Source: Catajapyx aquilonaris (lineage: Eukaryota). From it: 20,000 nucleotides of DNA. Location of the stretch: positions 45,127 through 65,126 of the forward strand of contig JYFJ02001986.1 of the NCBI GenBank assembly GCA_000934665.2. The letters run 5' to 3'. Under the pieces are notes generated by a model that was not told the origin of the DNA, made no database searches, and saw nothing but the letters and a program-made list of their open reading frames with translations. The position numbers and the translations under genes are program-made. Below, one piece after another: positions 12,099-20,000 of this stretch; within the stretch, counting starts at the first letter, position 1; the number at the start of each line of letters is the position of its first letter.

Positions 12099-13150
12099 GT
12101 AAGTACAGATTGTGACATTCAGTAATAAATTCGAGAAAGCGATGTGACAAAATATTCAGATAATTAATAACTGATAAACCGGTATATTTTCATAAATACC
12201 TAATTAACAATGTTATATGAATTATTTGAGTTTTTTTGCTCAAAATGATATAAAATAGGAGTGGATAAAGAAACTCATTAATTATTATTCGTGAAACAAA
12301 ACAAAACAAAACAAATTCGTGAAACAGAATTTGTAGCCGAATTTTTACCACTTCAGTTGAATTTTATCAAGCACACTACCTCTTGTTGTGCAGTAATACA
12401 AAAAAGGCTGATACCCACGCGAGTATTTGTTTATTCCGTACCAATATTTTCCCACTGGAAAAACTGGACCACTGACGCCCGAAAAAAAACCCTGCAGAAA
12501 TTACAGTGTTTTTTGGTGTGAAATCATTTTGCGCAGAACTTGTACAGTCCAATCCCAGGAGAACAAGTACAGTGTATGCACTTGAGAATGTGCCGTATCG
12601 GAGCACTGCAGCAGAAAAGCTCCCAAAGCCCGGCCTGTTGCAGGTTAACTAAATTCCTCTCCAACCTTCATTGCCCCAGAGCTAAATCCTCGAGGGAGAA
12701 TTCGTGCATGAAACAAACCGCATGCAACCTGACTGCCTGTTCATGTGTTCTATGGAACCTGCAACAAGTTACAAGTAGGTTCTAACTGCGTTTGCTTTTC
12801 CGGCCACTACCTCCCAGCATAAACCCAGCCACTAAAATACTATGTTATCCAACTGTTTATGACATAAGTAACGGGGGAACTACACCTTTGTTTCATAAAT
12901 GGGTGTATCATATTTTTAAACACCTTACCAAGAAAGCACACTCAGGCAACATTGCTCGCGTGACGTTGAATTCAAATCGGCGATAACGCGTTTGAATTTC
13001 CCTGCAGGTGCACGATCGATTGCTAAGATGTATTATACGGCTCACGCAGCGTTATCAAGTTTGGAGATAAAAGGAATACTTCATAGATGCTATTGTCCAA
13101 TGGTCTTGATAAAATATGAAACTTTCTTATACATGTCTTTTCTTCTGCAG

Positions 13151-13224
13151 GTAACGGGCATCGTAGGGCGGGCTGACGTTCTGGCTGCTTTGCTCTTTCT
13201 GCTTTCCTTTCTCTCTTACCTAAG
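13151..13224 (+). CDS. TMTC1: TMTC1-like internal exon B (74 nt, phase 0-2)
   Basis: Pyrimidine-rich acceptor TTTTCTTCTGCAG, donor GTAAGG at 13225; encodes VTGIVGRADVLAALLFLLSFLSYL(R), in frame with exon A. From memory of the paralogues, GRADVLAxLLFLL is closest to TMTC1. Confidence 0.93.
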
Positions 13225-13411
13225 GTAAGGATGTTCATACAGGTTTATATTGTGTAGCGTGTACCTTAGAACATGTCTTGAAATATGACTTTTCGACCCC
13301 ACTCTCATGAAGTAATAGGGCGAGTAAAAGTGCGAGGGTATATCACCCCAGCAGGCAATTTACGGTGGGGTCACTGATTAACGAGTGGGGCAGTGCACAT
13401 AGGAAGGAAAC

Positions 13412-13730
13412 TCCGTGATCACGGATCATCAATTTTCCCGGCTTCCGATTGGTTGGGACAATGTGCGGCATCGTATAAGAAGATTCAGAGGCACATGATC
13501 CCCCAAGCATGGCTGCGCTGCAATTAAAACATGGGGAGCGTGGAGAGGGGGGTCATGTAGGGATTAAAATCTGCTCTTTGCGAAAGAGGGGCAAAGTGGT
13601 CCCGGACGCCAATCGACAAATCCCGAACAAGAAGTTTATTACAGGCTGCGACCAAGTGGGACCAATTTGCCAACTTCTCGTCATTTCACGAGTTCCTGTT
13701 TTTTGTTGTTTCTTTGCCTCCCCGCGGGGA
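13412..13730. repeat. Cluster of nested inverted repeats, probable degenerate MITE/foldback element
   Basis: Palindromes TCCGTGATCACGGA (13412-13425) and TCCCCGCGGGGA (13719-13730); arms 13493-13504/13547-13558 (11/12), 13446-13452/13609-13615, and 13590-13603/13658-13671 (13/14). Confidence 0.55.
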
Positions 13731-13928
13731 AGCTCCCGTAATGAGGTCCTCTATGCTGCACAGATTTTGCAATGACAAAATTTTAAATCATACAACTTCC
13801 GACCAAGTTTAAGCCACATTTAAAAACAGCCAGTAATTAAATCGCATACTAATTGCAAAAAATGAATGTGGATAAGCTATCCGTTGCAGATACGCTGTAA
13901 GGCAGTATGTTGCAATTTTATTCAATTG

Positions 13929-14013
13929 TATGGCGGTCTGCCACCCCCCTATAACGACCAAGTGTTGTATCACGGGGTAAATACAATAAAATAAAAATAA
14001 AATATATAAAATA
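13929..14013 (+). mobile_element. 5'-truncated SINE/LINE 3' tail with 9-bp target-site duplication
   Basis: ATTCAATTG at 13920-13928 and 14014-14022; A-rich (TAAAA)n tail; body resembles the 3' end of the SINE at 92-422. Confidence 0.7.
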
Positions 14014-14124
14014 ATTCAATTGCAGCGTTAAAATAAATATTTAAATTGATGCAAATGGTACCTTGTGGAATATACAGTACTGTACATACTTAACAGTATT
14101 CACCTTGTATACTTTTTGCTTCAG

Positions 14125-14145
14125 GTCTGCACTAACTTACACTAA
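14125..14145 (+). CDS. TMTC1: Candidate 21-nt alternative microexon of the TMTC1-like gene (adds SALTYTK)
   Basis: Acceptor TACTTTTTGCTTCAG, donor GTGAGA, phase 2-2 matching the host intron, no stop; branch-point-like CTTAAC at 14089-14094. Confidence 0.55.
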   Translation, partial: VCTNLH

Positions 14146-14311
14146 GTGAGAAATATATTTGCATTTTACTGTACTCCTTACAGTGGGTCAGTGGCCACTG
14201 TGTATAGCTAAGAGCGACTGTGAGTTGTTACTCCCCTAAATGCACATGACTGCATGTAGCTTACTGTGAAACATTTTGGGTATTTTCCACTTTTCTGACT
14301 GATCCAGACAC

Positions 14312-14640
14312 TTAGCTTGGGGAAATGGTCGATTTGGAACAACAGCCTTTATCTGGGTGTGGTTCGAGTCGCTCAGCTAATTTAACGGCCGCAATAAAAT
14401 AAGCAAGTGAGATTGGAGACAGCCAGGCAACTTCTCACTCCTTCAGCCAGTCGTATGGTTAAATCCAACCAATCCGGTGCATTTCCGGAACAGCTGTATG
14501 ACATTATTGCTCAGGAGCCACAATAAAATGATAACGAGGCACGGCATCATGGATTTACCTCTCTCTTCAGCTCGAATGACGTAGGAGTTGGAAATAAACC
14601 AGTTACTCCCCAGTGGCTGCCCTCATTCGCATTTATCCTT
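14312..14640 (+). mobile_element. Possible old tRNA-derived SINE (3' boundary uncertain)
   Basis: A-box-like TGGGGAAATGG at 14318-14328 and B-box GGTTCGAGTC at 14361-14370, the same 43-nt start-to-start spacing as in the SINE at 92-422; no TSD seen. Confidence 0.4.
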
Positions 14641-15551
14641 AATAATTGCGTTCTTAAGAAGGATACTTCAGGCCTACTGCAATTGAATCTATCTTTCGCT
14701 CAACTTTAATTTTATATTTTTAAATGCTCAGCTACTTGATAGAATGTTCTCTAATGATGTAAATTACTCATATTAGAAAGCATTTGCTCGAATTTTGTGA
14801 ATATGCGATATGCTTACGCTTGGTTGACATTAAAGATCTCGCAACTCCGGGTCAGGAGGATTGGGCCACAATTTACAAAATTTATATCAAAATTACAGGA
14901 CCAGAATACGCCTCGGGGTCAGCCGGGACGGATAAAGGAGACTCTAATAAACACATCCTTTAACATAATCGCTCTTGACCTGTCACGTGCACGCATCAAA
15001 AATCTCCATTATTGTGCAGCCATTGCTCTTGATATCTGGTGAATAGCAGCAATGCTCTATGGTTGTCGGAGGAAGATACCAGTGTTTAACATGGATTCAA
15101 GTCACGACCAAGTATTATACTTCCCATTTGACATGACAGTGGCTGTTCTTATGCTGCTATTATCTGGGTCAAAGGAAGTGCGTCAATATTAGAGAGTTAC
15201 GACTAAGGGAAAGATACGCCTGAACTCTCATACGCTATTATATTGTATAGCCAATTTTGTGGCTTTGACTGAATAGTCGATATCTGTGGAAGGCGGATTT
15301 TCTACTGTGATATACCTAGGATTGTCTATTTTTAAATTCATAATGAGTTTTGGCCTGATGTGGGCTAACAAATAATAGAAAATTATAGCATTAAGTATAA
15401 TTACACCATATGCAGAAGCATTCTGCTTCCTGAATATGCTTTCACTGTAGAGTAATTATCCCAACTGAAATGGTTGTAATATAATTAACTAACACTATGT
15501 CAGAACTCTGAAATTTTAAAACAATAATCTAATATTCTGTAACATAATAAT

Positions 15552-15775
15552 ATTGTATTAGGTTACCCCGGGATAGGCCTGTGACCGTTTTAATGCCTGC
15601 ATTAATTCACTGACTGTACTTTTTACTGATTTTGACTGTGGGAGAATCACGAGAGAACTCATGGAAACTCTGCATGAGAAATTCCTCTACCCAATCCGGA
15701 GATAGAACTCGGGATCTAAGTGACCTCAGAGGAAGAAGGCTGTGGTGCTAGCCACTGTACCTTTATGGCCGTCCC
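15552..15775 (-). mobile_element. tRNA-derived SINE (~224 bp), antisense to the host gene
   Basis: Minus strand starts GGGACGGCC; A-box-like GGTACAGTGG (15752-15761), degenerate B-box GAGTTCTATCTCC (15698-15710); flanked by ATAATAAT at 15544-15551 and 15776-15783 (low-complexity TSD). Confidence 0.7.
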
Positions 15776-15880
15776 ATAATAATCCAATACAAAATAATTA
15801 ACGTATTATAAAAAATGTGAACAAAAACTACCGTAGTTGTTGCAATCGTGTTGTAACGGTCTGCTTACACAACCGCATCT

Positions 15881-15955
15881 TTTTATCCACGCGCGCTTTA
15901 GAAGCACCTTCGCTGCTAGCATAAAAGGGAGCTTCTAAAGCTTGCGTGGGAAAAA
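15881..15955. other. 75-nt stem-loop
   Basis: CCACGC-NN-GCTTTAGAAGC (15887-15905) pairs with GCTTCTAAAGC-NN-GCGTGG (15931-15949), 17/19, extended by TTTT/AAAA outside and CCTT/AAGG inside. Confidence 0.8.
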
Positions 15956-17069
15956 CAAACAAACAATAAGAGAGTGTAGTCTTGTACCACCATTTCTGTT
16001 CTCTTTTCCTCTACAAGGAAAAGCTTCACGCAGCAGGCAATATCACCATCAAAGTAGGATAGAATACACGAAGAAAGAAAAGAAATATAACAAGCTTCCG
16101 AACATAATGAGGTTGTCACTTTGCCGACGACAGGTACGTCACGAATTCGTGAGAGGTATGGAAAGAGGCCTAGTAACGTAGTCATATCGTTTCCCACCTC
16201 GTCCGCCATCTGACGTCCCCTATTATGCGATATGACAAGTGTCGATAAGATAAGCCCCGTATCTTTTTCTGTGGGGGCATAAATAATTTATGAATTCATT
16301 TACGACGAAAAAGAGGAGGAATGGTCTGCACCGAATAATCTCACGCATGTTATAACGTTCCGTGCTAAAGGAAAACCCCACCAAAATATTTAAGTTACGT
16401 GTACTATGATATGTAACCGTGAAATTGTCGTGCGTATCAAAATATCTGATAACATTTGCGATAGGGTGAGGGAGTGGGTGCGTGTGGGACAGGATTCGAC
16501 TCTTACTTTGCCCAGAGGCTTCAACGTGGAAGCCTAAGAAGATCAGTTTCCTCAGAGCCTCAGTCTTGGGACCAATCATTCAACTCGATAGCTACTTCTT
16601 TCAAAACAGTATCTTCTTCTTGACTGAGTACAATCCGCTTCTCTCCTCTCAAAAGGGATTTGAAGTATCCGCATTCAATTTAGGTCCCAGTTCATTATTA
16701 TCACGTGACAGATTCTATCCCAAATTTCTCATGGACTCTTCGATTTCAAATCAACTGAAGCCAAGCGACATTACTTTAACCAATGCCTGAATTCCTAACC
16801 AAACAAAGGAAATATTTTACTCTGTATGTAGGGTCCGTTAGACTGTATGGACAGATTTCACTGTATCAGTCACTAGTAATAAGATGTGTCAGCCATTTTG
16901 ACATTTTTGAAATATATTATATATAAAAAAGAAAAAGAAAACCATTTTTGTTGAATACGTTGAGTGTAATGTAGGAAAGTTGAGGTGGAAGTTTCATAAG
17001 TGAAATTTCTTTTTCTCTTTGTCACTGCAGGAGTGCCTGCTGCTTTAGACATAAATAAACGTTGAATTT

Positions 17070-17146
17070 TATTTTGGCACTTTTTTTCGCCTCTGCAAGC
17101 AATAAATAATTTATTGCTTGAAGAGGAGAAAAAAAGGGCCAAAATA
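17070..17146. repeat. 77-bp near-perfect palindrome
   Basis: Arms 17070-17107 and 17109-17146 are reverse complements at 35/38 positions with a 1-nt spacer. Confidence 0.92.
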
Positions 17147-17342
17147 CTGGCAAAATAATCTGATTTGGTCTCGTGATACCTGAAAGTGCAAGAATAAAAA
17201 TGAAAAATATATTGCATTGGGTAGACCGGGAATCATCAAAAGTCTTAATTCGTTTGTAATCACCACCAGTGAGTTTTCTCTCTATAGGAGACTGTAATAT
17301 CTCTACCAGATATCTGACTTGGCCAGTAGAAAGCACCATATC

Positions 17343-17407
17343 GCTCAAAAAGATTGAGATGATATTAAAATTTGGTTCAGTGCAAAATCGTCTCAATATT
17401 TTTGAGC
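17343..17407. repeat. Inverted repeat with 21-bp arms
   Basis: GCTCAAAAAGATTGAGATGAT (17343-17363) vs ATCGTCTCAATATTTTTGAGC (17387-17407), 19/21, 23-nt spacer. Confidence 0.85.
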
Positions 17408-17600
17408 AAGGTAGGACCTTTTGAGAACTAAATTAATCAATGCCAAACTAAATTTTGACCCAAATGTGATTATGATCGTTATGCATTTCAGGTATTTAGA
17501 GTTTGCGTCCGAATCACTAGCAGCAGCCTTAATATACGATATTTTATAATGTAGTTTAAATAATTATATGACATTATAAGGGCCTCGGATCTCTTGACAG

Positions 17601-17822
17601 GTGCCTGGAAAAATGGTGGTGTCCAGAGAAGTCCAGGTCATCCCCACTCTCGGTAATGTCGTCCGTGTTAGACGACCCCGAAGGCTGGTGGGTTTGCCTG
17701 AAGCGCCTGTGGCCATCTCTTCTCCTGGCCACAGCTTCGATGCTGGCCAAGGAGCACGGAATCACCGTCCTGGGAGTCAATGCTCTCTGGGACATGACCA
17801 CTTCTGCAAGCCTGCTCCGGAG
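17601..17822 (+). CDS. TMTC1: TMTC1-like internal exon C (222 nt, phase 2-2)
   Basis: Acceptor CTCTTGACAG, donor GTGAGA at 17823; encodes CLEKWW...LWPSLLLATASMLAKEHGITVLGVNALWDMTTSASLLR(R) containing the conserved MLxKExGITV motif. This frame is not in the ORF track. Confidence 0.92.
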
Positions 17823-17974
17823 GTGAGATCCGAGTCTCGCTATTCTCCGTCACCCTACCTCCAAATTCGAATAAGCTGGAATAACAACATTTCCTCACTC
17901 TCCGACTCGGCTCATTACCACATCCCCAACTCAACTATTTCTCCATCTCCTATTAACACAGATCCTTGCCGCAG

Positions 17975-17986
17975 GCACAACTATCA
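17975..17986 (+). CDS. TMTC1: Candidate 12-nt alternative microexon of the TMTC1-like gene (adds HNYQ)
   Basis: Acceptor TCCTTGCCGCAG, consensus donor GTAAGT at 17987, phase 2-2, no stop; upstream CT-rich AG-free zone 17876-17959 and branch-point-like ATTAAC at 17952-17957. Confidence 0.55.
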
Positions 17987-18417
17987 GTAAGTGAAAGATA
18001 ATTCGGCAGAGGCACTGAGGCAGGCGAGCTACTGCACTATTCATGTCGACACTGACTGTTCTGCCTTCAGCCCTCCGAATTCACTGGGACTACTGAACTT
18101 TCTAGGGAGGTGGTACTTGCTAAGCCAGAACAAATAAGGGCAGTCAGTGTAAATATTACACAAAAGTTCAAAGTAACACTGTAGGCCCAACGCATGGGAA
18201 ATAGGTGGTGGTCTTATCCATTTAAAGGGCAGTAACCTCTGGAAGAAACATTCTGTGACTGTTGCTTTCCTGGTCATTGTAACTATTTCACCTACAGTAG
18301 GCCAAGCAGTAGGCCTACTCAGTGCACCAACTGGCATATTTATTTATTCACTAATGAAGGATGTAACTAGCCGTTATTTTTATTTTATTTTCACAATCTC
18401 TCTTTCAATCGTTCCAG

Positions 18418-18490
18418 GGCTCTGGAAAGCAAGAAGATTGACTCAGCCACTTCTCAGTTATTGAAAAGAATCGTCATTCTCGGCCTTACC
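18418..18490 (+). CDS. TMTC1: TMTC1-like internal exon D (73 nt, phase 2-0)
   Basis: Long pyrimidine tract ending GTTCCAG, donor GTAAGT at 18491; in frame with exon C, encodes ALESKKIDSATSQLLKRIVILGLT (loop leading into the next hydrophobic helix). Confidence 0.85.
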
Positions 18491-19021
18491 GTAAGTATAT
18501 TTTGACTTTTTTTTCCTCCGTAACATTCAGTTTGTAAGCCTTCTCTGGGCCACTAATTGGAGAGAGGCGGGAAGCAGAGTTGGGCTTGCGAGAGGAGGGA
18601 AGGGGGATTCTCGGGCCAAAATGGCACCGTAATGATGGAGTTTCGCCGAAAACAGCAGTGAGAGCGGTTTCCTTGGAATTGCTTCTAGGCATTCGTCAAG
18701 GTTAGATTTTGACATACAGTATTAGTACCGATTAGTTTCATTCCAGCTTAATGACACTAACTCTCGGAATTTGTCATATTTGTGTAAGAATAACTTTCAT
18801 AACTGCTATTTATACAGGCTGAATTCGCAACACACTCCTCGCGCTACTTTCCAACAATAAAGCTGCTTTACACTAACTCTTATGTAGAAGGATACGTCAA
18901 AGGATCCTGCCAATAATGGGTCTTGCTTTCGATTCCAGTCAATTTAGTGAAGTTAGTTGATAATAATATGCTACAAATCCGCTCAGGAACTTGTGATTTT
19001 GGGGGCAACATTTGGAGGAGC

Positions 19022-19099
19022 GAAAGTATCATGACAGCCAATCCTCTTTCGATTTCGGGAATCAAAATCGAGAGCAGATTGATTGCTATGTTTACTTTC
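19022..19099. repeat. Imperfect palindrome, probable MITE core
   Basis: GAAAGTA..CAATCCTCTTTCGATTT pairs with AAATCGAGAGCAGATTG..TACTTTC (inner arms 14/17). Confidence 0.6.
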
Positions 19100-19149
19100 T
19101 GTCCCCCAATATTGTTACTCCAGATCGGAATTCCCAATATGGAAGCTAC

Positions 19150-19150
<1 letters not shown>

Positions 19151-19212
<62 letters not shown>
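19151..19212. repeat. (AGT)20 microsatellite
   Basis: Uninterrupted repeat; source of the poly-L, poly-S and poly-V ORFs in the track. Confidence 0.98.
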
Positions 19213-19464
19213 ACTACACAATATTATATGCTGCCCAAGTGAATGTCATATTTTTCGTGCTAAGGTAACAGTTTGGATCGTTAGTGTAGTAGGCTTCTTA
19301 AAGCTGCATCATTTGGACTGTTCGTAAGATACCAGGATTGTAATATCGCGCATCCATCTTCATTCGTTTTGCATTAGCATATTCAATGTTCATATGATTG
19401 TATGCTTTGTCATCAATAAATAACACTGTTCTGTAATGGGTCAATAAATAAGCTATATTCTGAC

Positions 19465-19835
19465 CACGGTCTGAGAATAGTAAGGTCTGGTAACTCTTCC
19501 CCCGTTTGTGTGCGCACTAGTTGATCCACCCCTTGTCGCTAGTGTCGTGCGGCATAGATGTAGCCAGCGCCTCTCTAGCGGGCTGATTCTGCATTTAACA
19601 TCGCGTCGATTCACAATCGACACAGGCTTGAATCGATGCGGAGTGTTTCAGAATCGCCCGCGAGGATGCGCCACAGAGCTTTATGTATGCGTTTTTTGCA
19701 TGCAGCCTTGAGGCAGCAGCGCCATGACGGATCCATCACCTGGGTGGGGGAGCACAACTAGTGAGCACGCACAGGGGGAGCCGTATACTTGGTATAGGAG
19801 AGTCCTGGGCATGGTCATAGAATACTAAGGTCTGG
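19465..19835. mobile_element. Foldback/MITE-like element bracketed by 26-bp direct repeats
   Basis: Nested inverted arms 19507-19523/19755-19771 (15/17), 19578-19591/19649-19661 and 19602-19613/19629-19640 (11/12); direct repeats at 19465-19490 and 19810-19835 (22/26). Confidence 0.65.
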
Positions 19836-20000
19836 ACACTCCCACCTACCCCCTTCCGGGGCGTTTTGCAGGAGGTGCTCACCTGAGAGCGCCATGAGAC
19901 CTTTCACTGCACTGTTATGTGGCGACCCTGCCGGACTACGCTGAACTTTATAGGTACAAAAGGGAAGCGCTACATGCGGACCCAACATGGCCGCCGGCGA

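Noticed and set aside
13001..13070. Cryptic acceptor CCCTGCAG|GTG at 13008
   Set aside because: Phase-0 frame reaches TAA and no good donor precedes it.
14571..14580. 10-nt AG..GT mini exon
   Set aside because: Not frame-preserving, weak donor, lies within a probable SINE.
17006..17060. Strong pseudo-acceptor ending CACTGCAG at 17030
   Set aside because: In-frame TAA after eight codons and no donor; the acceptor at 17491 fails similarly.
18531..18533. 3-nt exon CAG|TTT|GTAAGC
   Set aside because: Upstream intron would be only 40 nt, probably too short to splice.
18880..19327. Poly-L, poly-S and poly-V ORFs
   Set aside because: Translations of the (AGT)20 microsatellite.
19465..19835. CRISPR-like repeat-spacer array
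   Set aside because: Only two imperfect repeats 345 bp apart in eukaryotic intronic DNA with no cas genes.

Overview
Eukaryotic (animal, plausibly arthropod) genomic DNA, almost all intronic. The only recognisable host gene is a + strand TMTC-family protein O-mannosyltransferase, most like TMTC1. Four GT-AG exons (11921-12098, 13151-13224, 17601-17822, 18418-18490) splice in frame to give the HPxHTEAV-GIVGRAD and KExGIT transmembrane region. Its flanking exons were not found and appear to lie outside the window. The introns contain several tRNA-derived SINEs (two with target-site duplications), a truncated retroposon tail, two trinucleotide microsatellites and many foldback/palindromic, MITE-like elements. 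Most ORFs in the track look spurious. The most interesting observation is a pair of candidate frame-preserving microexons (21 nt at 14125-14145 and 12 nt at 17975-17986). Both are phase 2-2 and stop-free, and both carry TGC at exactly -8..-6 of the acceptor, the signature of eMIC (SRRM3/4, Srrm234) regulated neural microexons. This is a manual inference and needs RNA-seq confirmation. No prokaryotic-type system was found.
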